A stretch of DNA of 61,772 bases, filler included, from Bipalium vagum (Eukaryota), in the NCBI GenBank assembly GCA_037834085.1. It is 3 parts of 3 records of this genome, joined end to end, with 100 filler letters (N's around TTAATTAATTAA, not from the genome) between each part and the next. Parts side by side here need not be neighbours in the genome. Positions count along the whole stretch, not along the records: positions 21,778 to 43,386 come from JBBMKC010234710.1; positions 43,487 to 61,772 come from JBBMKC010033868.1; 1 more part is not named here. The stretch is one strand, 5' to 3'. Shown one piece after another: positions 29,002 to 43,570 of the stretch. Each line of letters starts with the position of its first letter. The first letter of the stretch is position 1. Both the position numbers and the translations under genes were made by a program. The notes beneath the pieces are model-generated. The model was not told the origin of the DNA, did not search any database, and saw only the letters and a list, made by a program, of their open reading frames with translations.

Positions 29002-30313
29002 TTAAGTATCCCGGAAAGTCTTTTTGGTTAATTACTATAACATAAAGTCACAAAATTTTGTACTTAGATAAATTTTAATATATTAAATATTGAACATTTT
29101 TTTTCAACAATGACTATCCATCTCTCAATTAATTTCATTATTCCAGTTTTAAAATTTTTTTTATTTTTTCCAGCAAAGAAATCGTTCAGGTACAGAGTAC
29201 TTTATGTTATACTAGAAAAGCTTGTCACAAATATTGTAACGTTGGGTTAAATGAATTTCATCCAGTTTATGTTATACCCAAATAACAAAATTTTTTGAAT
29301 ATCTCGGATTTCTTAAATGATCATCAATAGTTGTTTTTGACAAATCCAACTTCTTTGCGATCTCACGAAAGGTAATATAAGGGGTACAAATAAATAATGC
29401 GGATTTATTTAAAATAGATTTAGTGAGATATCGAAATATAATTGTGAATTGAAATATAAATCAATTGGTTTGAATAATATCTAATTAATAGGGTAATCAT
29501 TTAAAATTTCATAATATATCAATAATTTCAAAATTTTTAGATATAAATGTCAACATTTACGCCAATAATGAACAAAACTGTCACAGAAAGCTACAAGATA
29601 ATATGTGATGTTTATCGAAAACATGTAGTATTTCAGGACACATGCGAGAATTGGTTTCACCTCTGCAAAAGTAATATTTTCTGTTTAAAGGATAAAGAAC
29701 GCCCAAACCGTCTTTCTAAATTTGACAACCACCATTTACAAATTTTATTGATGAAAATTCCTGTCAATCTCAAAATGAATTTGCGATAAGATTAGATGTT
29801 ACCCAGTAAGTAATAAGTGCGCGCTTACAAAACCAAAAAGTAGTCAGAGACATGCTCTAACAACGGCCCGAAAGAAAGTCTTTCTTCCATCGGTTATTGA
29901 CAGGAGATGGAAATTGGATTTATTGTTGAAAATCTCAAACGTACGAAACCATGGGTTAACCCAGGTCAGCCATCAAAACAAACTGCAAGACCAGACCGCT
30001 TCGGAAAATTTTTTTAAAAAACCAAATCTGGAATGTGAGTTCTATTATTCCATCTTTACCATAGACTCTAGATAGTTTCCGATGTGTCTGTAGTTGTTTT
30101 GCAAATATCAATATGTCTAAAATGTTCACTTTGATTTTGCATTTTTAAAAATGAGCCTTATAAAATGCATGCTTATAAACAAATTGAAATTTATTAAGAT
30201 ATTAGTATATACTATAATATTAAATACATTAACTGTTTATTACATTCATACATAAAAAAATTATTAACATCTTCCATAAAGCAAAAACCGAAAAGACTTT
30301 CCTGAAAACAGAA
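29002..30313 (-). mobile_element. Mariner element interrupted by a second mariner
   Basis: Degenerate TIRs around GGAAAGTCTTTT; MQNQSEHFRHI start near 30140, REIAKKLDLSKTTIDDHL, FKTGIMKLIERW. Confidence 0.75.
29378..30005 (+). mobile_element. Mariner 5' half inserted in the element above
   Basis: Left TIR containing GTACAAATAAATAATGCGGAT; ORF 29547-29789 HTH region; LHRLLTGDGNWI and WVNPGQPSKQTARPDRFGK. Confidence 0.85.
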
Positions 30314-32329
30314 TGCAACGTTATTTAAAATTGTTAGATTTTGAATTTGTACCTTTTTTTTAATAAAATGAAAATCATCTCACTTTGCATGAATCAACCT
30401 AATATTTCAAGATAAAAAATCTAATGAAATAAAATCGAAATCTGATAAAAATTATATATGTTTATATCGTTTATAATAAAAATAAAATTATTTATTAATA
30501 ATATTAAAATATGACAATTTAATTCTAATTTTTTTTATAAAATTAAATTCGTTCATTTAATAGTAACAAAACATTTATTTCAATCAGAGTACACTCAATT
30601 GTCCTATACTGAAATCCCAATAAATTATCAGGAAAAGAAGATTTCAATATAAAATAATCGATCAAAATGTTGAATTGAACGATAATTAGTAAGGAGAATA
30701 TCATTAATCAATATGAATCGAAACTAAAGATTATTAGGTGATATAATAAATATCTGAGTACGATACGATAAAATACTATAATACCTTCATAAAATTTTTT
30801 TCCAAAATATCTTTTATTATTGAAATTTATTTTTTGGTGTTATCTATTTTATTATTATCTGTATTATTATTATTAATGTTATTATATATTTAAAAATTTT
30901 AATTAAAAAATTGTAAGAATAAAAAGTTTATAATTAAAAACCAACGAACTTTACTACCAATAATATAATTTATATATAATGATAGACAAGTCTCACCACG
31001 TTGCCACGTTTTAACGTTCAAGTGCACTGTTACATTTTAGATATTATTGTAAAAAAAAGCATCAATAAAATCGTGTTTTATAATTTGTATAATAATTTCT
31101 GAAATAAATCATTATGAATAATTGATGACAATTAATATGATCGTCTAATTATAATATTTTTCGTACTGTTTGGTTTGAAGAACAATTTATATGAACTTAT
31201 TTCAATCTAAGACTAGTGTGAAAAAGTGAGAATAAGAATTGAAAAATCTTTTCATTAAGTTGAGTATCTGTAATTTTCTAAAATTCTCTAATATTTCTAT
31301 ATAAAGTTAAAGACGAAAATAAGTCTATATAATTTATAAATGTCTCAACTATTGGATTACTAATTTTAAAAAATTCCAGATTTATAACAAGGCTTGCATA
31401 ATATAAATTTGACAAATCACAAATATTTTTTATCCCTAGAAATATTGGTTATAAAGTAGTATGGTTTTTTGAAAGTTTTTCGTGTAAGAAAATTTTTTTC
31501 TAATGATCTTAAAGATTGCGATTTACACAGCTATGTCAGCTAACATCTCAAATTTTAACATATGTGTAGAAAATACCTTAATATCAAACCAATATGAACT
31601 GATTTTACGTGAAATTATCTTGTGTTCAAAATATTATAGTATCCTATTGACCCTTTCATTAATGATTTAAACAAAAAAATTGAAAATTACTAAAAATAGA
31701 TTTACTCTATCGAATTTTCAGAAAATTAGTTTCTAGCTAAAAGGATGTTTTAATAAAACAGCATTTAAGGTTTATGAAACACATGCAAATCAAAGTACGA
31801 AGATTATCATTTGATTTTTCGTAACAAAATAACTCATGTTATATTCATTCCCCATAGTTTGCACTTGGTTTCTGAGCATATATGATGATTATTTGTAGAT
31901 ATTGATTGATCTATAAATCTCTAACTCTAAAAAATAAAGAACTTTAAGAATAGACTATTTTAAAACTATTGAACCAGATTTCCCATTCTCACCACGATTA
32001 GCTACTACTCGATGAGGAACTTGGTTGTCTGCTGTACAATATTATGCAAAAAATTTTGATGAGTATCTTATCTTGTATTTTTGATGACCTAAAAGCTTCA
32101 TCTATCACAATTACAAAAGATGTATTATTCAAATTATGTAATGATTGCTGATATGATTACAAATTTAGAAACAAAAGGATTAAGTCTTAACAAGCAAATT
32201 TATTTACTTAATTTCATACAAAAAAGAAAAAAGATTGTTATTAACATCCACAATAAATCTGTCTGTTTGTGATAAAAATCAAGGAATAAATAATATGAAA
32301 GAAATTAATAGTTACTTATCTGGAGATTC

Positions 32330-32573
32330 ATTTACATTGACTTGCTTAGCAGCACTTCAGATCGTACGAATATGTCAGAAATTGGTTCTCTGGATGATTT
32401 GCCTTGAAACCAGAAAAGTTCTTTTGGGATGACATCCATAAATTTACTGAAAAATGGAAGAAATGTGTGGATAACAATGACCATTATTTTGAATAAATTA
32501 TTTTTATTTCAGTTTTGAGAATACCATGCTTCGGTTATTTAAAAAAATCCGCATTATTTATTTGCATTCATAA
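32330..32573 (+). mobile_element. Mariner 3' fragment with right TIR
   Basis: ATCCGCATTATTTATTTG matches the reverse complement of the TIR at 29378; C-terminal transposase remnant. Confidence 0.7.
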
Positions 32574-32694
32574 TACAAGCCATTTAGTTCTTACAAAATA
32601 TGATAATCAATGAAATATGAGCATTTAGATATACTCCATTAACAATGATTGATGTTGAAAGAAGTTTTGGACAATGCTTTTTTACCTATTGCAA

Positions 32695-33300
32695 TATTGT
32701 AGGTCAAATTATACACATTGGGTGATGAAGTCCTTTTTCACACATGGGACAAAAATAGGTTATTTAACTAATAGAAAATTAAAAAATATATTTTGATAAA
32801 AATCCTATCCTGTTAAGTGGTTCAAATAAAATACTTCAGATTGAAGAAACGATGTTAAATTACAAGGCTACAACTCATCGACCAAGGCGCCCATCTAAAC
32901 AATGGTGGGCCTGAATAATAGCAGATTGCAGCTACAAGCCCGAGAAATTTGAACAAAAAATGAACTTAAACAAACGTTAATAATGAATCGTTTTGTCATA
33001 AATATCAGTTTGTTGATTATGACCGAAATGTTCACACTCAGAACGTCAAAAGCAGCAAAACAAGATCAAAGAAAGACTGAAAGCTGTGCATGGAGTATAT
33101 AATCACCTCAGAGTTGATTTTCTTCAACAATACCATAATAGCTTTGAAGAAACGATGAATTTGTTAATAAAAATAAAATATTTGGTTTTCAATTTTATCT
33201 TTCTTGTTATTATTGACATTGATTTTTTCTTGTAGGTCAAAAAAATAATATAGGTAATTTTGTAGGTCAGAAAAAGTACATGGGCATTTCTGTAGGTCAT
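32695..33300 (+). mobile_element. Merlin (IS1595/ISXO2-like) transposon relic
   Basis: LSGSNKILQIEETMLNYK..THR...QWWA and FVD...VHTQNV...IKERLKAVHGV; repeated TGTAGGTCA units near both ends. Confidence 0.8.
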
Positions 33301-33595
33301 AAAAAATTGTTACATTTAGGTAAAAAAAACACTTTCGAAAGTTTATCGATATTTAAAATTTTTTTTGATGCACTTGGGAAAATTTTCTTTTTGAGAATCT
33401 TAATGATGTTTTCGAAATTCATTGTAATAAACAATTTCATTGATCTCAATAAAATTTATTGGTTGTTTATTTTATTTATTGGTTTTTATGTCTTTTAAAA
33501 ATACATATTTTGTAAATTTTTCAGTATATCTTGAAAAGGTTTTAGCATTCTATGTGAATGTAATGATTTTTAAAATTCATATTCACTCTTTGACA

Positions 33596-34672
33596 AAATT
33601 ATTTGCCTACTGTGTACTAGAATGAATATTACGTTTTACTTTTCCTTAATCATGCTTCATAATAAATATACATTTAACTCTAAATACTTTAGTTATTCAA
33701 ACATACAAAAATAAAATAACAGTTAATACTTGGTGTCCGCATCTAGCTTCATTCACTGCATTAACCCGTCATGGCATAGTATCCACTAAACTATCCAGAT
33801 AAGCCTGTGGAATTTAAAGCCATTCTTCAATAATAAATTGCCTTAATTGTTTCAAGTTAAAAGAAAGTGTGTCCCGGGAGTTAATTTTTTGACCTATTGT
33901 TGTCATATTTTAAACATTTTAAAATGGTTCTAGAATATGACTCGCTATTCACATTCCCATGTAAGATTTGTAATTCGCTGCGGCTTCCTTTCCAAAATGC
34001 ATCCCAAACATGGATCGAACCTCCTCCACATTGAACAGCTTGCACAACTAGACCTTTCTTAAATCTTTCTCCTTTCTCTCTCCACACTCTAGTTCGACCA
34101 TCATTATTAAACAGCCGAAAAAAGTATTCATCAGACCACACAATAAAATTCCATTGATTTCTGCCTAGATGTCAGAGACTTTACTCAAAAACCACTGTTT
34201 TCGAGCTTCAACATTTACTTTCGTCAATAAAGGTTTCTTAGCAGCTCTGTATCTTTTTATCCGGACATCACATAAACGCCGATACACAGTTCGGTACGTT
34301 ACTTTTTCACCCAAAAATTTTAATAGGCATCTGCAGAAGCAAAACGATGTTTTCTTGCAAGTCTTACTAGTAATCTATTGGCTCTGAATGACATTTTTCT
34401 TGGTCTGCCGACACCCAATTTATGATTGATCGTTTCTCTAATCTGAGATTGATAAATACAATATCCCACTGTTCTCCTTGGTACATTCAAAAATTCGGAA
34501 ATCCATTTGAGAGATTTACGTGAGATTTAACAGTTCGAGACATACCTATATATTTCCATTTGACTGATAAATCGAATTTCATAAATATAATGTTGTATAT
34601 TTATTATGAAGCATGATTAAGGCAAAGTAAAACCCAATATTCATTCCAATACGCAGTGGTCAAATAATTTCA
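33596..34672 (-). mobile_element. Tc1-like element with long imperfect inverted repeats
   Basis: WSDEYFFRLFNNDGRTRVWR...GGGSIHVWDAF; ~75-bp inverted repeats including CCTTAATCATGCTTCATAATAAATATACA. Confidence 0.88.
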
Positions 34673-34691
34673 AATATATATTGATCATATT

Positions 34692-34696
<5 letters not shown>

Positions 34697-34728
<32 letters not shown>
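34697..34728. repeat. (AT)n microsatellite
   Basis: Direct observation. Confidence 0.95.
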
Positions 34729-34731
<3 letters not shown>

Positions 34732-35799
34732 ATTTTAATAAAATTGTACCAAAACGACTGTAAAAGTGGTGTGAACTTAAACACAAAATCATTAATATAA
34801 ACGACATTTGAACTCGAAAACATATATGAAGCTGTGTGATAATTAATATGTAAAAGTATTGGGAAATCAGTTTTCCACTTGTTTAAAGGTTACTATTAAA
34901 ATATCTTTATTGTATAACTAAATTTACTTATAAATTAATAGTGGTTGTTTTGTAAATCAGACTTGTAGAATTTGGATTAAGTTCATAATCGAAAAGTATC
35001 CGTTTCTATTTAATTGGAAAACTTAACAAGATATAGTGACGTTAATATTAAGTGACTAATAAAATCGTAACGTTCTAAAAATAATATTTGATTAGAAAAT
35101 AAATAATGTCCGCTGCTTTTACAATTTTTCAACTATTTTCTAAAAAAAATCCTATTATAAACAGTAAAATAAAATTAGAAGCAGTTTAATTTACTTTCCA
35201 CAACAAAAACATGATGCATTAATCATAATTATATGTATTTTTTCAAAATGACTAGAAAAACAAATGAAAAATCAATAAAATATAATGATAAACAGAGTAC
35301 AGAGAAAATAAAAGATAAAAATCAAATTTATGTCATAGAGATATATTGATATGTAATAAAATAATACATGGGATAAAATAAAAAGACAATCGTTACATCT
35401 TTTTAATCTAAAATCTATTATTAAGTATTAAATTTCTTTTATTATACTATTACTAAAAAATTGTCTTTTAACATTAATACTTATAAAAATATAACTAATA
35501 AAGATCGTTTCGAACTTGTCTAAATAAAATTTGGCTCAAACTATTTTAACTTTAATTTTAATACTTCAATAAAAGAGTTATTAATTTTGTTGTATATTTT
35601 TAAAATTACTATAAGATTGTATCAAAAGTTTCCTTGATTTTGAAAGTTTAATAATCTTTTATCAAAATAAATATTTTCAATAAAAATTCTTTAAAAATTG
35701 ATAACATTGATTTTTTGTTAATTAACAAGTACCAAAAAATCAATTTTAGAAAAATGTAATGATTATTATTCTGTGGAATTATGAAATTTAATCAATAGA

Positions 35800-36210
35800 A
35801 AGCGATTACTTTGTCAGCATGACAATACGTCTGCTCACCAGAAACGTTTGACGCAGGAAGAATTTACTACACTTCATGGGATTGAACTCTTATCTCATCC
35901 TCTTTATAATCTAGACCTGGCAACCCCAGATTTTGCACTTTTTAGATCGATGGACGTTTTGAGAGAATAGGTTTGTTAATTTTTTAAGAAGTAGAGAAAT
36001 TTTGTAGGACGTTTTTTGCTTCAAAGTCTAAACAATGGTACAGTGAAAAAATTATAAATAACTTTCCGAAATAAGGCAAAATGTTGTACATAATAACAGT
36101 TCTTATTTTTATAAATTATAAATCATGTATTTTTGTTATTTTTTCAAATAATTGTAATATAGTTTTTTGTGTGAATTTTGAATTCACGGAAATTTGTGAT
36201 ACAGCCTTAT
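35800..36210 (+). mobile_element. Mariner 3' fragment
   Basis: QHDNTSAH...LLSHPLYNLDLATPDFALFRSM. Confidence 0.8.
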
Positions 36211-36988
36211 AAAAAGATAACTTTGTTTTAATATCTGATGAAAAGTTAAACAATCTGTTGAAAATTATATTTTCTTTAAAATTAATATATTATATAAATA
36301 AAATTACAGTAAACAGGAGAAAGGGTAAAAATAAATTATTAGAAATGGAAAAAGGAAAGATATTTTTAATGGAATTTTTATACAGAAAATATGATTCAAA
36401 ATGAAAGTGGCTCAAAGTTCAAACTTTTTCTGGTCGACGTTATTTGAAAAAAATATTTCTTTAACTACATATTGTTAATCAATCAAAATTAAAGAAAATG
36501 AGAATTTAATTTAAAATTAAAATTAAAAATAAATTTATGACTCTTAATAATAAAAGTATAGATGTATACTTTTATAATTGGAAGATAATTGTCTTGTCTC
36601 GTTTAACAGTCTCTGTATTGATCGGATCTTTAAAATTGAGAAAGTTTATCGAAAATAATAAATTATTTTACAAGGTGATTTTTACATATTTCGATATATG
36701 TATTTATTGTATTACTATTATTATTATTTAACTTATTTTAGATAAAACAAATAATTAATTTGTACAGATGATATTATTTTTTCATTAAATATCATTGTTA
36801 TGTTATACGGGATCGATTGAGAAAAAAGGATTAATTTTTAATACATGTCAAAATACATAAAAATATTCAGGATTATTAATTTTTTAGTGATTTAGGATAA
36901 ATAGTTTTAATTAATAAGTAATTAAAAATAACGATCAATAAAAATAATTATTTACCAAATATTCGTTAAAAATGTTCTTTAATATATA

Positions 36989-37097
36989 CAGTGAAACCTG
37001 TCAATATTTGGCACCACTGAGATCGAACCCATGAAAACAAAAACAATATTTAATTTTTAACAAAATTTAGAGGTGCATAAATTAGCAGGTTTCATTG
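36989..37097. mobile_element. 109-bp Tigger-like MITE in SRPK intron 2
   Basis: TA-CAGTGAAACCTG ... CAGGTTTCATTG-TA. Confidence 0.75.
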
Positions 37098-37102
37098 TAT
37101 TA

Positions 37103-37327
<225 letters not shown>

Positions 37328-37343
37328 TCACTTAAAGAGATTA

Positions 37344-37709
<366 letters not shown>

Positions 37710-40369
37710 TTAGGAGACAAAAATACTTTCATCTAATTTAGTTACATAGTTACATAAATTACATAGCCAATAAGAAAATTTTAGAATCCTCAGACAATGA
37801 AATTAAATCCTCAGAAATCAATACACGGCACTTGTTCAGTTTTGATTTATTTTTAGTTTTTAGATTTATTTTATTTACGAAATATTTCTTAAAATCTATA
37901 GTCAAGAGAAAATAGATTTGATCAAAGCAGTCTTTGAAAATTGATAAATTCACTTATATATTGATAGAATGGAATGTTAAAATATGAAAATAGAATAAAT
38001 TAAAAATGAAAACTAAATTATTTAAAATTTCCCATAATCCCTTTTTTCACAAGATTATGAATCATGAAAAATGACATCAAGGAGATGACTGTTAATGCAA
38101 ATTTATCATTATTGTTCAAATTCATAAGTCAAAGTTAAACGTAATATTATTTTTTCAAGAGTCTGCAATAGTTTTAAAATTGATATACTTTATTTATTAT
38201 TTAATCAAATCAATTATATTAATATATCTTATTAAGATTTTTATTTCATTACAGTTTATGCAACCTGGAAACTTTTATTGTATCTAACTTTGTCAATAAA
38301 GCGGTTTATAGTTGTTCCTATGTAATTGTTAAGAAATAAAAAACCAAACAACTTATTTTTCTAACTTAGTAACTTGTCCCGTGTTATTTCTACCTCCGTT
38401 AACGTTAATTCGATTAAGTTAAGATTCTTAAGTAACGCTTCCCTAACGTTAGACAAGGTATTACTGTATTTACCTTAGAATTTGCAGTTATAATTAACAC
38501 ATTTTTTTTTAATTTTAAAAATTAGTTTTAGTAATATTCTTACGAGAAAAAGAATAATTAAAAAGTAGAGACAAGAAATCAATAGAATCATACACCAATT
38601 ACTTCTTTATCAATAAGGTAAATATTTATTTATAAATATTTATCAATGAGTCAAATGAAAAAGTTTTTCACAATTTTCATGATTCAAATTGACTTTTTTA
38701 AATAATAAAAATGCATAAAAATATGAAATAAAAAATATATATAACAACATAATCTAGTTTTCCAACTTGGAATCTATATATATGACAAGAGTAGACACGT
38801 TAATATAATCAATCTGGTGAGCACATTTTACAATTAAATTATTCATAATAAGCCGTCGAAAATATTCATCTTTATAATACCTTATTCCTGTGCTTTAAAA
38901 TGCTATTATTTTTATCATTATTATTATTATAGAATTAAAAATAACAAAAACAGTAGTAAAAAAATAAATATAATAATCATTCAGAAGATTATCAAAGTTC
39001 GGCTTGTAATTTTTTGTCTTCGTTTTATACCCTTCCTTGATATGAAACTAAATCTCTACCGATTTAAAACCTGTTATTTGACTTTCAGAATAATTTCGGA
39101 AAAATCCATTATCGATTAATTTTAATTCAATCATTTCTCAAATTTCAATAGTCCATTTTAATCTTTTTTCTCCTTTATAAAAAATATCTTCAAAGCACAT
39201 TCAAAATATCATAAATGATTAATACTATATTAATAAATTAAGATTTATTTTAATTTAATTTCAATTCTGTTAATGTTTGGAAAAAAAATCTGTAATCTTT
39301 CATATAACTATAATGATTTAAAGATGTTTAAGCTATATCTATAGCACATGTTTTCCTAATTACCTAGTTCATTTTTGAACAATTTGGCTAAATCATAATT
39401 CTGTAACCTAAAAAAGGTCTATAAAAGCGATTCACATAAAGCGTGCCAAAATTAGATCTCCGTAATATTACAAAGCAAATTACTCACTTTGAAATTAACA
39501 TTCAACATGTCACACCTTTTCATTTGTTCATTAAGGTATTGTAATGTATATTAAAAACGTGTTAATATTTTTCGTAATAAACTTATTTCTATATGAAAGA
39601 TTGACAACATATATTATTCTTATAATTTTATTTCGATCAGATATCAAAGTATCTAAAATAAAGTGAGAAGAGTTTTCAACGTTCGAAATCATTGAAATAA
39701 TAAAAAAATAATTTTAATCACTAACAGATTTTTTTTGCAGTTTGAAATATTTTGGCTTTTGGTATTTTGATTCTCCTGAACAGTAATTGCTGAAGAAATC
39801 ATGATTAATAATTGCTATATTGAAATCTCAATTTTTACTTTTCCTATTCAGTTTACTCATAACCAGCGTATATCAACAAAACAAATAAATTTATTAATTT
39901 AAAATGAATTCATTGTTTAATACATTGAAACAAACTGTGCTAATATTGAAATTTTTTAAGATAATGTTTTGGAAACTTCATTGGTTGTTTTTTCATATTA
40001 ATTTATAAAAGGTTGAGGTATTTAGATATAAATAATGTTTCTTGAATTTAGAATACCTTCAAAATATTAAAATTCACATGTTTCTAATTATGTATAATAG
40101 TTAATATTTAATTAAACCCACCAATTAAAAAATATAAGGTGGATTTGATATTTACTAATATTATACAAGTATTTTATATTATTTGGTATAAAATAAATAA
40201 TTTAATATAAATAATTTAAACTTATAATCAAATTTTGAAATCATCACTGAAAATATTATATGGAATATTATTTCTAATACATTTTGAGAACCTATAATGT
40301 TTATAATCTTCCTTAATAAATGTGTAATGATATGATCCAGATTGCTGATGGTATTGAGAAATCAAATTA

Positions 40370-41315
40370 TAAGGGTTGAGTTCAATAATCTCTTCTTCAG
40401 AGCTTATGTTCGTTCTAGTATCGGGTATTCATTGCAATGGATCCCTTCTTTTGATAGGTCTTTTATAAACAGCTCTATTTGTTTATAAATATTAATTTTT
40501 TTATATATGATCTTAGAATATGAAGGGTAATGACTCAGAAAAACGAGTGCTTCCTAAATTATGAATGTGCAGGTCAAATTTTTTGTGAATTAAAAGGTAC
40601 TGCTGATCTGCAGACAATTTAACGGCAGTGCAAAATGATTGGCAAAAAGGATTCTACTGATCTGTTATAGTCATCTGGTCAACCATGTAATTTACATTCA
40701 AGAGAATCCATTAAGAAACTATCTACTGAACTCAAGATCTCCAATATACCTATCCATGACCTAGAATGTCGAGCACACAAAATGCGTATTAAACCGTTGT
40801 TTACTAATACTCAAAAAGCCAAAAAATGAAATTAGCAATTTAGGTGCGAAATAATTTTCAAAAGGAAGCAACGATGCTAATTTTGTTTTCAGTTGAGGAG
40901 ATGTTTGATATCGATGTCGTTTATGATGATTAAAATGATAGAATCTGGGAAATGAACCGTGCCCAAGCTGATAAAGCAGTGCTTTCGTAGGAAAACATCT
41001 GATCTTAACCCACTAGACTATTTTATTTGGAATAACTGTTCAGCACATACATTTGGATAAACTTCAATCAAAAAAGATAATAATTACTGCATTAAAGTAA
41101 GTTATGAAAACAATAAGACGAGAAATTGTACAAGAGAGTTGCAAAAAATTAGACAAATAGGTTATATCATCTTATGAGAAATAAGGGAGGTTATTTTTTA
41201 TATAGATTTTATTTTATTATATAGAATAGAAAGCTGATTCTTTCAACAAAAATTAAAAATTAGCTTTTTTATTAGATGTATAAAACTTATTATTAATCAT
41301 TGAACCTCGGACATT
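40370..41315 (+). mobile_element. Degenerate maT/DD37D-like Tc1-mariner element
   Basis: LFSVEEMFDID...NDRIW and SDLNPLDYFIWN remnants; weak TIRs. Confidence 0.7.
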
Positions 41316-41857
41316 TAACAATTTTATTATAGTTTATAGTAAAAGTAAAAATTTACATAATACATAAATTTTATAATATAAATAATTATTTAACTAATAA
41401 AGATAATCGTTGAAGAGTTGTGGTGCAGCCCCAAAATATCACTATTTAGATGACAGATCTCAAATAGTAGCACCGGTAAAAGAGCGTGAAAATTGCTGGT
41501 AAAGCTATTGCACCAGAGGAATTTATTGTTCGGAAATAGATTCAGATGAACTTAATAACCAGGGATATTTTCAGAAGAATCCATTATTCAGAGATATCAT
41601 CAGAAGAAATATAGGCAAGTACTTTGTTTTCCTTTGTTACTATGCATCAACAGAATATATCTGCTGAGGCTTAAGATTATTATGGCGTGAGGAACCAATC
41701 GTTGTTTTCCTATAATTCTCCCATTTAATTATTATCATTAATACTTTTAATGATTGTCTTTTAACTTTAACTGATTTATTTTATTTTATGCTAATTGTGC
41801 TATTTGGGTTTTCATTAATAAATTTAATATACATTTATGACAATTTTTTGTGGATTG

Positions 41858-43386
41858 TGTTGAGTATCGTTACGAATTAGAATTGATTTCATTCTTCTTT
41901 GAATTTCATTAACACTATTATAATTCTGCTGACATTAATTTAAAAATTGATTTGATTAGACACGAATAAATACTCATTGTACTTATTAATAAAATAAAAC
42001 TGTATTTTTAAGTGATTATTACACCAACTATAACTAATGGCTTATAACCGTGCTCGATTGTCGAAAAAAGCCTTAAAAACTACTTATTTAACATATTATT
42101 GGTGAACAGCCGACGTAATTTGAATAATCAATTGGTAACTGTAAAACTTGAGTTAGCGTTTGACTGTGATTATTATTTTCGTGTTAAAGAGTGTGTGGTG
42201 AGTAAATTTTGTGATTTGTATTAAAGATGTTGAAGATTTTTAAAGTCTGGCATGGTATAAAAGTTTGATATTTTGTAAAGTTAATTTGGGTTGAGGAAAA
42301 ATTCGATTTCAAATAAAAGAAGAGTATCAGTACGAAATTCGAGTACAGAAGATTTTGTGTGTTCAGAAGAAATACAGAGAGATTATTTAGAAGTGGTTTT
42401 GGAATAAAAGATTTTAACAGAAAATAAATTGGAATTCTGTAAAGGGGAAGGGAATCATTGAAGTGGAAGTTGAAGAAGTGGAAGTGGTGGAATCCGAAAT
42501 AGTAAAATTATCAGAAGAACATTCAGTAGAGAGTCAACCAATTTTACAGACTAGCAGGGTACTTAGGCAAATGTTTTATCAAGTGAAGCTGCTGATAGAC
42601 AAAGGAAAGAATTTATGGATAAACTAATAAAGAAAATGTGTTTTATTTGCAATTCTAAAGCTCAATATGTTACCATATTGTCCCCAAACAGATCGGCTTT
42701 TGAAAGTTTTTAATATCAATTTACTCAAAATGTTACTCGAAATGCAGCCCACGTTACATCAGGAAATAGTCTTTTTTATTTATGTATCTCAGAAACAAAA
42801 ACATGCCGTTTGATTTAAACTACTTGAAGTCAACGTCACTGTGAGATATATTGAAAATTAGTCGGGGATGTAGCTCAGCGGTCAGAGCAGTGCATGCGCA
42901 TGTGAAGAATTCCGGTATCTCCGATTAATTTTCAACTAAAAATCGCAATAAAAGATTTCGTAAATGGATAAAATAGCATGGTTTAAATCAACGTATATAG
43001 GACCCTCAGATCAACAATCCAATCACTACAGCGTTGTAGACTTTATGATATTTTGTTATAACATGAACTACACAATCGGAATAGAGTATTATGATAAAGA
43101 ATCACCAAAATATATCTATGAATATGGATATACACTGCTGGAAGTATAACGAAACAGCGAAAAATATATAGGGTCGAAAAGCATACTATGATAAATGCAA
43201 TGTAAAAGGAAGAAGATATAAAGTTGATGAATGAAAATCCAATGATAACCAGAAAGCCACAATTTGGAGAAGAGGGAGAATGAGATAATTGTAAGAAATG
43301 CAGTGAATGTAAGTCACAGAGATAATACTACAGGAACTCAGACAAATGAAGAGAACATATGGAAGCAAATTTTTACGCAACTAATA
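41858..43386 (+). mobile_element. Gypsy-like LTR retrotransposon relic (probable 5' LTR, PBS, gag remnant, downstream extras)
   Basis: TGTTGA...TTAACA segment 41858-42093, TGGTGAACAGCCGACG PBS-like site at 42100, frameshifted knuckle CFICNSKAHMLPYC near 42638-42680; runs into a gap, 3' extent uncertain. Confidence 0.65.
42864..42923 (+). pseudogene. tRNA-Ala-derived sequence (probable CGC anticodon), T-arm largely deleted
   Basis: GGGGATGTAGCTCAGCGGTCAGAGC...CCGGTATCTCC; acceptor stem with G3:U70 Ala identity pair, A box present, GGTTCGA B box absent. Confidence 0.8.
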
Positions 43387-43486
43387 NNNNNNNNNNNNNN
43401 NNNNNNNNNNNNNNNNNNNNNNNNNNNNNNTTAATTAATTAANNNNNNNNNNNNNNNNNNNNNNNNNNNNNNNNNNNNNNNNNNNN
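43387..43486. other. Artificial scaffold linker N44-TTAATTAATTAA-N44
   Basis: Same construct as 21678-21777. Confidence 0.9.
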
Positions 43487-43567
<81 letters not shown>

Positions 43568-43570
43568 TAT
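43487..43570. repeat. (ATT)n microsatellite at contig start
   Basis: Direct observation. Confidence 0.95.
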
